Source: the human T2T-CHM13v2.0 reference genome, Homo sapiens
NCBI RefSeq assembly: GCF_009914755.1
Contig: NC_060938.1
Strand: one strand, 5' to 3'
DNA: 64,000 bases
The position numbers and the translations under genes were made by a program. Below, one piece after another: positions 1-16,230 of the stretch (position 1 is its first letter; each line of letters opens with the position of its first letter). A model generated the notes under the pieces. It saw only the letters and a program-made list of their open reading frames with translations, did not search any database and had not been told where the DNA came from.

Positions 1-1519
1 CATTTCATTCCATTCCACTCCATTCCAATCCATGACATTCCAATCGGTTTGAAACCATTCCTTTCCATTCCAATCCATTCCTTTCCATTCAATTCCACCC
101 GGATTCAATCTATTGATTCCATTCCATTCCGTTCTGTTCCATTCCATTTCATTGCATTGCATACAATCCCATTCCACTCGGGATGACTCCATTCAATTCT
201 ATTGTATTCTGTTCAATTCCATTGCATTCCATTCCATTCCATTCTACTCTGGTTGATTCCATTCCATTCCTTTCCATTCCATTCCATTCCAGTCGGTTTG
301 ATTCCATTCCATTGCATTCCATTCCATTGAATTCCATTCCATTCCACTCCATTCCATTCCATTCCATTCCACTAGAGTTGATTCTATTACATTCCATTCC
401 ATTCCTTTCAGGTTCATTCCATGCCATTCAATTCTATTTCGTTCCATTACATTCCATTCCATTCCATTCCCTTCCATTCATTTCCATTACACTTGGGTTG
501 ATTCCATAGCATTCTTTTCCATTTCATTGCATTCCATTTCATTCCACTCCATTCCATTCCATTCCAATACCAATGATTCCATTCCATTCCATTCCCTTCC
601 ACTCGGGTTGATTCCATTCCATTTTATTCCATTCCACTCCATTCCATGGCATTCCATTCCATACCATTCCTCTCGGGTTGATTCCATACTAATCTATTCT
701 ATTCCATTCCATTAAACTCCATTCCATTCCATTCCACTCGGGTTGATTCCATTCCATTCCATTCCATTCCATTCCATGCCATTCCATTCCATTCGTGTTG
801 ATTCCATTCCATTCCATTCCATTCCATTCCATTACATTCCGTTCCACTCGGGTTGAGTTCATTCCATTCCATTCCAATCCATTCCTTTCCATTCCATTCC
901 ATTCGTGTTCATTCCATTCCATTCCGTTCCATTCCATTCCGTTCCTTTCCATTCCATTCCATTCCATTGCATTCCATTCCGTTCCATTCCGTTCCTTTCC
1001 ATTCGGGTTGATTCCATTCCATTCCTTTCCATTCCATTTCATTCCATTCCTTTCCATTCCATTCCACTCGGGTTGATTCCATTGCATTCTACTCCATTCT
1101 ATTGCACTTGAGTTGACTCCATTCAATTCCATTCCATTCCATGCATTTCCTTTACACTCGGGTTGATTCCATAGCATTCCATTGCATTCCATTACATCCC
1201 ATTCCATTCCATCCCATTCGGGCTGATTCCATTCCATTCCATTCCATTCCATTCCATTCCATTCCATTCCATTCCATTCCATTCGTTTCCATTCCATTCC
1301 GTTCCATTCCATTCGGGTTGATTCCATTCCATTAAATTCCACTGCATTCCATTCCATTCCACTCCATACTTTCCATTCCATCCCACCCGGATTGATTCCA
1401 TTCTATTCCATTCCATTCTACGCTATTCCATTCCAGTTGATTTGATTAGATTCCATTCCGTTCCATTCCATTCCATTCCATTCCATTCCACTCCTTTCCA
1501 TTCCATTCCATTGCATTCA

Positions 1520-4500
1520 ACTCAGGTTGATTCCGCTCCATTCCATTGCATTATATTCCATTTCATTCCACTCAGGTTGATTCCTTTCCATTCCATTCCG
1601 TTCCACTCTGGTTAATTCCATTCCGTTCCTTTCCATTTCATTCCATTCCATTCCATTCCATTCCATTCCATTCTATTCCATTCCTTTCCATTCCATTCCG
1701 TTCCATGCTATTCGTGTTTATTTCATTCCATTCCACAGCATTCCATTCCATCCCGTTCCATTCCATTCCATTCGTGTTGTTTCCATTCCATTCCATTCCA
1801 TTCCATTCCATTCCATTCCATTCCATTCCGTTCCACTCGGGTTGATTCTATTCCATTCCATTCCATTTTATTCCACTCCACTCGGGTTGATTCCATTCCA
1901 TTCCATTGCATTCCATTGCATTCCATTCCATTCCATTCCATTCCATTGCATTAAACTCGGGTTGATTCCATTGCATTCCATTCCATTCCACTCCATTCCA
2001 TTCCATTTCATTCCATTACAGTTGATTTCATTCCTTTCCATTCCATTCAATTCCATTCCATTCCGTTCCATTCCACTCGGCTTGATTTCATTCCATTCCA
2101 TTCCATTCCATTCGGGTTCATTCCATTCCATTAAAATCCATTCTATTTCATTCCATTCCATTCTGGTTCATTCCATTCCATTCCATTCCATTCTATTTCA
2201 TTCCATTCCATTTCATTCCACTGCTGTTTACTCCATTCCACTCTATTCCTTTCCATTCCATTCCACTCCATTCCAATCCATGACATTCCAATCGGTTTGA
2301 AACCATTCCTTTCCATTCCAATCCATTCCATTCCATTCCATTCCATTCCATTCCATTCCATTCCACTCAGATTCAATCTATTGATTCCATTCCATTCCGT
2401 CCTGTTCCAATCCATTCCATTGCATTCCATACAATCCCATTCCACTCGGAATGACTCCATTCAATTCCGTTGTATTCCGTTCAATTCCATTGCATTCCAT
2501 TCCATTCCATTCCACTCTGGTTGATTCCATTCCATTCTTTTCCATTCCATTCCATTCCAGTCGGGTTGATTCCATTCCATTCCATTCCATTCCTTCCGTT
2601 CCATTCCATTCCTTTCCATTCGGGTTGATTCCATTCCATTAATTTCCATTCCATTTCATTCCATTCCTTTCCATTCCACTCCACTCGGGTTGATTCCATT
2701 GCATTCCATTCCATTCCATTGCACTTGAGTTGATTCCATTCCTTTCCATTCCATTCCATTCCATGCCATTCCATTCCATTCCATTCCACTCAGGTTGATT
2801 CCGCTCCATTCCATTGCATTACATTCCATTTCATTCCATTAGGGTTGATTCCTTTCCATTCCATCCGTTCCACTGTGGTTAATTCCATTCCGTTCCTTTC
2901 CATTCCATTCCATTCCATTCCATTCCATTCCATTCCATTCCATTCCTTTCCATTCCATTCCGTTCCATGCTATTCGTCTTTATTTCAATCCATTCCACAG
3001 CATTCCATTCCATTCTGTTCCGTTCCATTCCATTCGCGCTGTTTCCATTCCATTCCATTCCATTCCATTCCATTCCATTCCATTCCACTCGGGTTGATTC
3101 CATTCCATTCCATTCCATTTTATTCCACTCCACTCGGGTTGATTCCATTGCATTCCTTTCCATTCCATTGTACTTGAGTTGATTCCACTCCTTTCCATTC
3201 CATTCCATTCCATTCCATTCCATTCCATGCCATTCCATTCCATTCCATTCCTCAGGTTGATTCCGCTCCGTTCCATTGCATTACATTCCATTTCATTCCA
3301 CTCGGGTTGATTCCTTTCCATTCCATTCCGTTCCACTCTGGTTAATTCCATTCCGTTCCTTTCCATTTCATTCCATTCCATTCCATTCTATTCCATTCCT
3401 TTCCATTCCATTCCGTTCCATGCTATTCGCGTTTATTTCATTCCATTCCACAGCATTCCATTCCATCCCGTTCCGTTCCATTCCATTCGTGTTGTTTCCA
3501 TTCCATTCCATTCCATTCCATTCCATTCCGTTCCACTCGGGTTGATTCCATTCCATTCCATTCCATTTTATTCCACTCCACTCGGGTTGATTCCATTCCA
3601 TTCCATTGCATTCCATTCCATTCCATTCCATTCCATTCCATTCCATTGCATTAAACTCGGGTTGATTCCATTGCATTCCATTCCATTCCACTCCATTCCA
3701 TTCCATTTCATTCCATTACAGTTGATTCCATTCCTTTCCATTCCATTCAATTCCATTCCTTTCCGTTCCATTCCACTCGGCTTGATTTCATTCCATTCCA
3801 TTCCATTCCATTCGGGTTCATTCCATTCCATTAAAATCCATTCTATTTCATTCCATTTCATTCGGGTTCATTCCATTCCATTCCATTCCATTCCATTCTA
3901 TTTCATTCCATTCCATTTCATTCCACTGCTCTTTACTCCATTCCACTCTATTCCTTTCCATTCCATTCCACTCCATTCCAATCCATGACATTCCAATCGG
4001 TTTGAAACCATTCCTTTCCATTCCAATCCATTCCATTCCATTCCATTCCATTCCATTCCATTCCATTCCATTCAATTCCACTCGGATTCAATCTATTGAT
4101 TCCATTCCATTCCGTTCTGTTCCAATCCATCCCATTGCATTCCATACAATCCAATTCCACTCGGAATGACTCCATTCAATTCCATTGTATTCCGTTCAAT
4201 TCCATTGCATTCCATTCCATTCCATTCCACTCTGGTTGATTCCATTCCATTCCTTTCCATTGCATTCCACTCCAGTCGGGTTGATTCCATTCCATTCCAT
4301 TCCATTCATTCCGTTCCATGACATTCCTTTCCATTCGGGTTGATTCCATTCCATTAATTTCCATTCCATTTCATTCCATTCCTTTCCATTCCACTCCACT
4401 CGGGTTGATTCCATTGCATTCCATTCCATTCCATTGCACTTGAGTTGATTCCATTCCTTTCCATTCCATTCCATTCCATGCCATGCCATTCCATTCCATT

Positions 4501-5060
4501 CCACTCAGGTTGATTCCGCTCCATTCCATTGCGTTACATTCCATTTCATTCCATTAGGGTTGATTCCTTTCCATTCCATTCCGTTCCACTGTGGTTAATT
4601 CCATTCCGTTCCTTTCCGTTCCATTCCATTCCATTCCATTCCATTCCATTCTATTCCATTCCTTTCCATTCCATTCCCTTCCATGCTATTCGTCTTTATT
4701 TCAATCCATTCCACAGCATTCCATTCCATTCTGTTCCGTTCCATTCCATTCGCGTTGTTTCCATTCCATTCCATTCCATTCCATTCCGTTCCATTCCATT
4801 CCATTCCATTCCATTCCATTCTGTTCCACTCGGGTTGATTCCATTCCATTCCATTCTATTTTATTCCACTCCACTCGGGTTGATTCCATTACATTCCTTT
4901 CCATTCCATTGTACTTGGGTTGATTCCACTCCTTTCCATTCCATTCCATTCCATTCCATTCCATTCCATTCAATTCCATTCCATTCCATGCCATTCCATT
5001 CCATTCCATTCCATTCCATTCCATTCCATGCCATTCCATTCCATTCCATTCCATTCCACT
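1520..5060. repeat. Two tandem copies of a ~1.7 kb higher-order unit (a third, more diverged copy follows to ~6000)
   Basis: Landmark (g)attcaatctattgattcc at ~2370, ~4085 and ~5859. ttaaaatcc at ~2131 and ~3831. Matching ORF translations offset by 1700-1730 (1868/3568, 2378/4093, 2481/4196). Confidence 0.85.
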
Positions 5061-5189
5061 CAGGTTGATTCTGCTCCATTCCATTGCATTACATTCCATT
5101 TCATTCCACTCGGGTTGATTCCTTTCCATTCCATTCCGTTCCACTCTGGTTAATTCCATTCCGTTCCTTTAAATTTCATTCCATTCCAT

Positions 5190-8100
5190 TCCATTCCATT
5201 CCATTCCATTCTATTCCATTGCATTCCTTTCCATTCCATTCCGTTCCATGGTATTCGTGTTTATTTCATTCCATTCCACAGCATTCCATTCCATTCTGTT
5301 CCGTTCCGTTCCATTCGTGTTGTTTCCATTCCATTCCATTCCATTCCATTCCATTCCATTCCATTCCATTCCATTCCGTTCCACTCGGGTTGATTCCATT
5401 CCATTCCATTCCATTTTATTCCACTCCACTCGGGTTGATTCCATTCCATTCCATTGCATTCCATTCCATTCCATTGCATTAAACTCGGGTTGATTCCATT
5501 GCATTCCATTCCATTCCAGCTCCATTCCATTCCATTTCATTCCATTACAGTTGATTCCATTCCCTTCCATTCCATTCAATTCCATTCCATTCCGTTCCAT
5601 TCCCCTTGGCTTGATTTCATTCCATTCCATTCCATTCCATTCGGGTTCATTCCATTCCATTCCATTCCGTTCTATTTCATTCCATTCCATTTCATTCGAC
5701 TGGTGTTTACTCCATTCCACTCCATTCCTTTCTATTCCATTCCATTCCATTCCACTCCATTCCAATCCATGACATTGCAATCAGTTTGAATCCATTCCTT
5801 TCCATTCCAATCCATTGCATTCCATTCCAATCCATTCTATTCCATTCAATTCCACTCGGATTCAATCTATTGATTCCATTCCATTCCGTTCTGTTCCATT
5901 CCATTCCATTGCATTCCATACAATCCCATTCCACTCGGAATGATTCCATTCAATTCCATTGTATTTCGTTCAATTCCATTGCATTCCATTCCATTCCACT
6001 CTGGTTGATTCCATTCCATTCCTTTCCATTCCATTCCATTCCAGTCGGGTTGATTCCATTCCATTCCATTCCATTCCATTCCATTCCATTCCATTCCATT
6101 CCATCGCACTCCATTCCATTACATTCCATTTCACTCGAGTTGATTCTATTCCATTCCGTTCCATTCCATTCCATTCCATTCCATTCCATTCCGGTTCATT
6201 CCATGCCATTCCATTCCATTCCGTTCCGTTCCATTCCATTCCATTCCATTGCATTGCCTTCCATTCCACTCCATTCCATTCCATTCCATTCTATTCCACT
6301 AGGGTTGATTCCATACCTTTCCATTCCATTCCATTCCATTCATTCCTTTCCACTCCATTCCATTCCAGTCGGGTTGATTCCATTCCATTGCTTTCCATTC
6401 CATTCCATTGCATGCCATTCTATTCCATTCCACTCGGGTTGATTCCGTTGCATTCTATTCCTTTCCATTGCACTTGACTTGATTCCATTCCATTCCAATC
6501 CATTCCATTCCATTCATTTCCATTACACTCAGGTTGATTCCATAGCATTCCTTTCCATTTCATTGCATTCCATTCCATTCCACTCCATTCCATTCCATTA
6601 CATTCCATTCCACTCCATTCCATTACATTCCATTACACTCGAGTTGATTCTGTTCCATTCGACTCCATTCCATTCCATTCCATTCCATTCCTTTCCAATC
6701 CATGATATTCAACTAGCGTTGAATCCATTGCATTCCATTCCACTCCATTCCTCTCCATTCAATTCCTCTCTGATTCAATGTATTCCATTCCATTCCATTC
6801 CATTCCATTCCGTTCTGTTCCATTCCATTCCATTGCATTCCATACCATTCCATTCCACTCGGGATGTTTCCATTCCATTCCATTATATTCCGTTTCATTC
6901 CATTGCATTCCATTCCATTCCATTCCACTCGTGTTGATTCCATTCCATTCCATTCCATTCCATTCCATTCCATTCTATTCCATTGCATTCCTTTCCATTC
7001 CATTCCGTTCCATGGTATTCGTGTTTATTTCATTCCATTCCACAGCATTCCATTCCATTCTGTTCCGTTCCATTCCATTCGTGTTGTTTCCATTCCATTC
7101 CATTCCATTCCATTCCATTCCATTCCATTCCATTCCATTCCATTCCGTTCCACTCGGGTTGATTCCATTCCATTCCATTCCATTTTATTCCACTCCACTC
7201 GGGTTGATTCCATTCCATTCCATTGCATTCCATTCCATTCCATTGCATTAAACTCGGGTTGATTCCATTGCATTCCATTCCATTCCAGCTCCATTCCATT
7301 CCATTTCATTCCATTACAGTTGATTCCATTCCTTTCCATTCCATTCAATTCCATTCCATTCCGTTCCATTCCCCTCGGCTTGATTTCATTCCATTCCATT
7401 CCATTCCATTCGGGTTCATTCCATTCCATTCCATTCCGTTCTATTTCATTCCATTCCATTTCATTCGACTGGTGTTTACTCCATTCCACTCCATTCCTTT
7501 CCATTCCATTCCATTCCATTCCACTCCATTCCAATCCATGACATTGCAATCAGTTTGAATCCATTCCTTTCCATTCCAATCCATTGCATTCCATTCCAAT
7601 CCATTCCATTCCATTCAATTCCACTCGGATTCAATCTATTGATTCCATTCCATTCCGTTCTGTTCCATTCCATTCCATTGCATTCCATACAATCCCATTC
7701 CACTCGGAATGATTCCATTCAATTCCATTGTATTTCGTTCAATTCCATTGCATTCCATTCCATTCCACTCTGGTTGATTCCATTCCATTCCTTTCCATTC
7801 CATTCCATTCCAGTCGGGTTGATTCCATTCCATTCCATTCCCTTCCATTCCATCGCACTCCATTCCATTACATTCCATTTCACTCGAGTTGATTCTATTC
7901 CATTCCGTTCCATTCCATTCCATTCCATTCCATTCCGGTTCATTCCATGCCATTCCATTCCATTCCGTTCCGTTCCATTCCATTCCATTGCATTGCCTTC
8001 CATTCCACTCCATTCCATTCCATTCCATTCCACTAGGGTTGATTCCATACCTTTCCATTCCATTCCATTCCATTCATTCCTTTCCACTCCATTCCATTCC

Positions 8101-8710
8101 AGTCGGGTTGATTCCATTCCATTGCTTTCCATTCCATTCCATTGCATGCCATTCTATTCCATTCCACTCGGGTTGATTCCGTTGCATTCTATTCCTTTCC
8201 ATTGCACTTGACTTGATTCCATTCCATTCCAATCCATTCCATTCCATTCATTTCCATTACACTCAGGTTGATTCCATAGCATTCCTTTCCATTTCATTGC
8301 ATTCCATTCCATTCCACTCCATTCCATTCCATTCCATTCCATTCCACTCCATTCCATTACATTCCGTTACACTCGAGTTGATTCTGTTCCATTCCACTCC
8401 ATTCCATTCCATTCCATTCCATTCCTTTCCAATCCATGATATTCAACTAGCGTTGAATCCATTGCATTCCATTCCACTCCATTCCTCTCCATTCAATTCC
8501 TCTCTGATTCAATGTATTCCATTCCATTCCATTCCATTCCATTCCGTTCTGTTCCATTCCGTTCCATTGCATTCCATACCATTCCATTCCACTCGGGATG
8601 TTTCCATTCCATTCCATTATATTCCGTTTCATTCCATTGCATTCCATTCCATTCCATTCCACTCGTGTTGATTCCATTCCATTCCATTCCATTCCATTCC
8701 ATTCCACTCG
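5190..8710. repeat. Near-identical tandem duplication, unit ~1.73-1.77 kb
   Basis: Private variants shared by both copies: ccatggtattcgtg (~5246/~7010), ccagctcc (~5516/~7285), catcgcact (~6102/~7851), gatattcaactagcgttg (~6704/~8437). ORF offsets 1769 then 1734. Confidence 0.9.
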
Positions 8711-10780
8711 TGTTGATTCCGTTCCGTTCCTTTCCATTTAATTCCATTCCATTCCATTATATTCCATTCCACTCCATTACATTCCATTGCACTCCGGTTG
8801 ATTCCATTCCATTCCATTACATTTTCTTCCAATCCATTCCTTTCCATTCCATTCCATTTGACAATATTCCACTCGGGTGGATTCCATACCATTCCATGCC
8901 ATTCCATTCCATTCCATTGAATTCCATTCCATTCCATTCCACTCGGGTTGATTCCATGCCATTCCATTCCATTCTATTCCATTCCATTCCATTCCATTCT
9001 ATTCCATTCAGGTTGATTCCATTCCAATCCATTCCATTCCATTCCATTCCATTCCACTCAATTCCATTCCATTCCACTCCATTCCATTACATTCCATTCC
9101 ACTCGAGTTGATTCTATTCCATGCCATTCCATTCCATTCCATTCCATTCCATTCCATTCCATTCCGGTTCATTCCATGCCATTCAATTCCATTCCGTTCA
9201 GTTCCATTCCATTCTATTCCATTCCATTGCATTGTCTTCCATTCCACTCCATTCCATTCCATTCCATTCCATTCCATTCCATTCCATTGCACTCGGGTTG
9301 ATTCCATACCTTACCATTCCATTCCATTCCCTTCGTTCCTTTCCATTCCATTCCATTCCAGTCGGGTTGATTCCATTCCTTTGCTTTCCATTCCATTCCA
9401 TTGTATGCTTTTCTATTCCATTCCACTCGGGTTCATTCCGTTGCATTCTCTTCCATTCTATTGCACTTGTTTTGAATCCATTCCATTCCATTCCATTCCA
9501 TTCATTTCCATTACACTCGGGTTGATTCCATAGCATTCCATATCATTCCATTCCATTTCATTTCATACCATTCCATTCCATTCCATTCCATTCCATTCCA
9601 TTCTATTCCATTCCATTCCATTCCATTCCATTCTGGTTGATTCCATTCTATTCCATTCCATTCCTTTCTATTCCATTCCAGTCCGTTCCATTCCACTCGG
9701 GTTGATTCCATACCATTCCATTCCATTCCATTCCATTCATTCCTTTCAATTCCATTCCATTCCATTCCATTCGGGTTGATTCCATTCCATTCCTTTCCAT
9801 TCCATTTCATTCCATTCTTTTCCATTCCATTCCACTCGGGTTGACTCCATTGCATTCCATTCCATTCCATTGCACTTGGGTTGATTCCATTCCATTCCAT
9901 TCCATTCCATTCCATTCCATTCCATTTCATGCATTTCCCTTACACTCCGGTTGATTCCATAGCATTCCATTGCATTCCATTCCATTCCATTCCATTCAAT
10001 CCCATTCAGGTTGATTCCATTCCTTTCCATTCCATTCCATTCCATTCCATTCCTTTCCATTCCATTCCGTTCCATTCCATTCGTGTTGATTCCATTCCAT
10101 GAAATTCCACTGCATTCCATTTCATTCCATTCCACTCCATTCCATTCCATTCCATTCCATACATTCCATTCCATTGCACCCAGATTGATTCCATTCTATT
10201 CCATTCCATTCTATGTTATTCCATTCCAGTTGATTCCATTGGATTCCATTCCGTTCAATTCCATTCCATACCATTCCATTCCATTCCATTCCACTCCTTT
10301 CCATTCCATTCCATTCCATTCCACTCCTTTCCATTCCATTCCATTGCATTCGACTCAGTTTGATTCCGCTATATTCCATTGCATTACATTCCATTTCATT
10401 CCACTCGGGTTTATTCCTTTCCATTCCACTCTGTTTCACTCGGGTTAATTCCATTCCGTTCCTTTCCATTTCATTCCATTCCATTCCATTCTATTCCATT
10501 CCATTCCATTCCACTCCTTTCCATTCCATTCCATTCCATTCTATTCCATTCCATTCCATTACTTTCCATTCCATTCCGTTCCATTCTATTCGTGTTTATT
10601 TCATTCCATTCCATTCCATTCCACAGCATTCCATTCCATTCAGTTCCGTTCCATTCCATTCGTGTTGTTTCCATTCCATTCCATTCCATTCCATTCCATT
10701 CCATTCCATTCCATTCCATTCCGTTCCATTCCATTCGTGTTGTTTCAATTCCATTCCATTCCACTCCGTTCCATTCCATT

Positions 10781-10908
10781 CCACTCCTTTCCAATCCATG
10801 ACATTCAACTGGGTTGAATCCCTTGCATTCCATTCCAATCCATTCCACTCCTTTCCAATCCATGACATTCAACTGGGTTGAATCCCTTGCATTCCCTTCC
10901 AATCCATT
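10781..10908. repeat. 64-bp tandem duplication
   Basis: ccactcctttccaatccatgacattcaactgggttgaatcccttgcattcc(a/c)ttccaatccatt occurs twice head-to-tail (10781, 10845). Confidence 0.9.
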
Positions 10909-12989
10909 CCACTCCAGTCAATTCCTCTCAGATTCAATCTATGCCATTCCATTCCTTTCCGTTCTGTTCCATTCCATTCCATTGCATTCCATACCATTCC
11001 ATTCCACTCGGGATGATTCCATTCCATTCCATTCCATTCCATTCCATTCCATTCCATTCCATTGCTTTCCATTCCATTCCGTTCCATTCCATTCGGGTTG
11101 ATTCCATTCCATTCCATTCCATTCCATTCCATTCCATTGCTTTCCATTCCATTCCGTTCCATTCCTTTCGGATTGATTCCATTCCATTCCATTCCATTCC
11201 ATTCTATGCTATTCCATTCCAGTTGATTCCATTGGATTCCATTCCGTTCCATTGCATCCCATTCCATTCCATTCCATTCCATTCCTTTCCATTCCATTCC
11301 ATTCCACTCCACTCCATTCCATTCCATTCCATTGCATTAGACTCAGGTTGATTCCGCTCAATTCCATTGCATTACACTACATTTCATTCCACTCGGGTTG
11401 ATTCCTTTCCATTCCATTCAATTCCACTAGACTTAATTCCATTCCGTTCCTTTCCATTTCACTCCATTCCATTCCATTCCATTCCATTCCATTGCATTCC
11501 ATTCCTTTCCATTCTATTCGTGTTTATTTCATTCCATTCCATTCCATTCCACAGCATTCCATTCCATTCCGTTCCATTCTATTCGTGTTGTTTCCATTCC
11601 ATTCCATTCCATTCCATTCCATTCCATTCCATTCCATTGCGTTCCATTGCATTCGTGTTGATTCCACTCCATTCCATTCCACTCCATTCCATTCAATTCC
11701 ATTCCTTTCCAATCCATGACATTCAACTAGGGTTGAATCCATTGCATTCCATTCCAATCCATTCCTCTCCATTCAATTCCTCTCTGATTCAATCTATTCC
11801 ATTCCATTCCATTCCGTTCTGTTCCATTCCGTTCCATTGCATTCCATACCATTCCATTCCACTCGGGATGTTTCCATTCCATTCCATTATATTCCGTTTC
11901 ATTCCATTGCATTCCATTCAATTCCATTCCACTCGGATTGATTCCATACCATTCCATTCCATTCCACTCCATTCCATTCCATTACACTCCATACATTCCA
12001 TTCCATTACACCCGGATTGATTCCATTCCATTCCATTCCATTCTATGCTATTCCATCCCAGTTGATTCCATTGGATTCTATTCCGTTCCATTCCATTCCA
12101 TTGCATTCCATTCCATTCCATTCCATTCCATTGCATTAGACTCAGGTTGATTCCGCTCCATTCCACTTCATTACATTCCATTTCATTCCACTCGGGTTGA
12201 TTCCTTTCCATTCCATTCCTTTCCACTCAGGTTAATTCCATTCCATTCCTTTCCATTTCATGCCTTTCCATTCCATTCCATTCCATTCCGTTCCATTCCG
12301 TTCCATTCTATTCGTGTTTATTTCATTCTATTCCATTCCATTCCACAGCATTCCATTCCATTCCGTTCCGTTCCATTCCATTCGTGTTGTTTCCATTCCA
12401 TTCCATTCCATTCCATTCCATTCCATTCCATTCCTTTCCGTTCCTTTCCATTCGTGTTGATTGCATTCCATTCCACTCTTTTCCAATCCATGACTTTCAA
12501 CTGGGTTGAATCCCTTGCATTCCATTCCAATCCATTCCACTCCAGTCAATTCCTCTCGGATTCAATCTATTCCATTCCATTCCTTTCCGTTCTGTTCCAT
12601 TCCATTCCACTGCATTCCATACCATTCCATTCCACTCGGGATGATTCCATTCCATTCCATTCCATTCCATTCCATTCCATTCCATTCCTTTCCATTCCAT
12701 TCCGTTCCAATTTATTGGTGTTTATTTCATTCCATTCCATTCCATTCCACAGCGTTCCATTCCATTCCGTTCCGTTCCATTCCATTCGTGTTGTTTCCAT
12801 TCCACTCCATTACATTACATTCCATTCCACTCGAGTTGATTCTATTCCATTCCATTCCATTCCATTCCATTCGGGTTCACTCCATGCCATTCAATTCCAT
12901 TCCGTTCCATTCCATTCCATTCCATTCCATTCCATTCCATTGCCTTCCATTCCACTGCATTCCACTCCATTCCATTCCATTCCATTCCA

Positions 12990-13980
12990 TTCCATTCCAT
13001 TCCACTCGGGTTGATTCCATACCTTTGCATTCCATTCCAATCCTTTCATTCCTTTCCTTTCCATTGCATTTCATTCGGGTTGATTCCATTCCATTGCTTT
13101 CCATTCCATTCCATTGCATGCCTTTCTATTCCGTTCCACTCGGGTTGATTCCATTCCATTCTATTCCATTGCATTCCATTCCATTCCATTCCATTCCATT
13201 CATTTCCATTACACTCGGGTTGATTCCATAGCATTCCATTCCATTCCATTCCATTCCATTCCATTCCATTCCATCCCATTCTGGTTGATTCCATTCTATT
13301 CTATTCCATTCCATTCCATTCCATTCCATTCCATTCCATTCCATTCCATTCCTTTCCATTCCATTCCGTTCCATTCCATTCGGGTTGATTCCATGCCATT
13401 CCATTCCATTCCATTCCATTCAAATCCATTCCACTCCATTCCATTCCATTCCATTCCCCTCCATTCCATTCCATTCCATTCCATTCCATTCCATTCCACT
13501 CGGGTTGATTCCATACCTTTGCATTCCATTCCAATCCTTTCATTCCTTTCCTTTCCATTGCATTTCATTCGGGTTGATTCCATTCCATTGCTTTCCATTC
13601 CATTCCATTGCATGCCTTTCTATTCCATTCCACTCGGGTTGATTCCATTCCATTCTATTCCATTGCATTCCATTCCATTCCATTCCATTCCATTCATTTC
13701 CATTACACTCGGGTTGATTCCATAGCATTCCATTCCATTCCATTCCATTCCATTCCATTCCATTCCATCCCATTCTGGTTGATTCCATTCTATTCTATTC
13801 CATTCCATTCCATTCCATTCCATTCCATTCCATTCCATTCCTTTCCATTCCATTCCGTTCCATTCCGTTCCATTCCATTCGGGTTGATTCCATGCCATTC
13901 CATTCCATTCCATTCCATTCAAATCCATTCCACTCCATTCCATTCCATTCCATTCCCCTCCATTCCATTCCATTCCATTC
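12990..13980. repeat. 494-bp tandem duplication
   Basis: acctttgcattccattccaatcctttc at 13021 and 13515. caaatcc at ~13421 and ~13920. Identical 82-aa translations at 13046 and 13540. Confidence 0.9.
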
Positions 13981-14859
13981 CATTCCATTCCATTCCATTC
14001 AATTCCATTCCAATCCATTCCATTGCAATGCATTCCATTCGATTTGATTCCATTCCATTCCATTCCATTCCATTCCATTCCACTCCATTGCATTGCATTC
14101 CATTGCATTCGGGTTCATTCCATGCCATTCAATTCCGTTCAATTCCGTTCCATTCCATTCCATTCCATTCCATTGCCTTGCCTTCCATTCCACTGCATTC
14201 CATTCAAATTCCATTCCATTCCTTTCCATTCCATTCCACTCGAGTTGATTCCATACCTTTCCATTCCATTCCATTCCCTTCATTCCTTTCCATTCCATTC
14301 CATTCCAGTCGGGTTGATTCCATTCTATTGCTTTCCATTCCATTCCATTCCATGCCTTTCTATTCCATTCCACGTGGGTTGATTCCGTTGCATTCTATTC
14401 CATTCCATTGCACTTGGGTTGATTCCATTCCATTCCATTCCATTCCATTCCATTCATTTCCATTACACTCCTGTTGATTCCATAGCATTCCATTCCATTC
14501 CATTCCATTCCATTCCATTCCATTCCATTCTGGTTGATTCCATTCTATTCCATTCCATTCCTTTCTATTCCATTCCGTTCCATTCCATTCGGGTTGATTC
14601 TATTCCATTCCATTCCATTCCATTGCATTCCATCCGATTCGGCTAGATTCCATTCCATTCCATTTCATTCCATTCCATTCCTTTCCATTCCCTTCCGTTC
14701 CACTCGCGTTAATTCCATTCCGTTCCATTCTATTCGAGTTTATTTCAATCCATTCCATTCCATTCCACAGCATTCCATTCCATTCCATTCCTTTCCATTC
14801 CGTTCCATTCCATTCGTGTTATTTCCATTCCTTTCCATTCCATTCAATTGCATTCCATT

Positions 14860-16230
14860 CCGTTCCATTCCACTCGGGTTGATTTCATTCCATTCCATTC
14901 CATTCCATTCGGGTTCATTCAATTCCATTCCATTCCATTCTATTTCATTCCATTCCATTTCATTCCACTGGTGTTTACTCCATTCCACTCCATTCCTTTC
15001 CATTCCATTCCATTCCATTCCACTCCATTCCAATCCATGACATTCCAATCTGTTTGAAACCATTCCTTTCCATTCCAATCCATTCCATTCCATTCCAATC
15101 CATTCCATTCCATTCAATTCCACTCGGATTCAATCTATTGATTCCATTGCATTCCGTTCTGTTCCATTCCATTCCATTGCATTGCATACAATCCCATTCC
15201 ACTCGGGATGACTCCATTCAATTCCATTGTATTCTGTTCAATTCCATTGCATTCCATTCCATTCCATTCCACTCTGGTTGATTCCATTCCATTCCTTTCC
15301 ATTCCATTCCATTCCAGTCGGGTTGATTCCATTCGATCGCATTCCATTCCATTCAATTCCATTCCATTCCACTCCATTCCATTACATTCTATTCCAATCG
15401 AGTAGATTCTATTCCATTCCATTCCATTCCATTCCATTACTTTCGGGTTCATTCCATGCCATTCAATTCCATTTCGTTCCATTCCATTCCATTCCATTCC
15501 ATTCAATTCCATTCCATTCCGTTCCATTCCACTCAGGTTGATTTCATTCCATTCCATTCCATTCCATTCGGGTTCATTCCATTCCATTCCATTCCATTCT
15601 ATTTCATTCCATTCCATTTCATTCCACTGGTGTTTACTCCATTCCACTCCATTCCTTTCCATTCCATTCCATTCCATTCCACTCCATTCCAATCCATGAC
15701 ATTCCAATCGGTTAGAAACCAATCCTTTCCATTCCAATCCATTCCATTCCATTCCAATCCATTCCATTCCATTTAATTCCACTCGGATTCAATCTATTGA
15801 TTCCATTCCATTCCGTTCTGTTCCATTCCATTCCTTTGCATTCCATACAATCCCATTCCACTCGGGATGACTCCATTCAATTCCATTTTATTCCGTTCAA
15901 TTCCATTGCATTCCATTCCATTCCATTGTACTCTGGTTGATTCCATTCCATTCCTTTCCATTCAATTCCATTCCAGTCGGGTTGATTCCATTCCATTCCA
16001 TTCCATTCCATTCCATTCCAGTCGGGTTGATTCCATTCCATTCCATTCCATTCCATTCCATTCCAGTCGGGTTGATTCCATTCCATTCCATTCCATTCCA
16101 TTCCATTCCATTCCATTACACTCCATTACACTCGAGTTGATTCTATTCCATTCCATTCCATTCCATTCCATTCCATTCCATTCCGGTTCATTCCATGCCA
16201 TTCAATTCCATTCCATTCCATTCCATTCCA
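14860..16230. repeat. ~660-bp diverged tandem duplication; second copy carries a 45-bp x3 expansion (15974-16108)
   Basis: ggtgtttactcc at ~14970/~15629. cactcggattcaatctattg at 15121/15780. cagtcgggttg at 15315 vs 15974, 16019 and 16064. Confidence 0.8.
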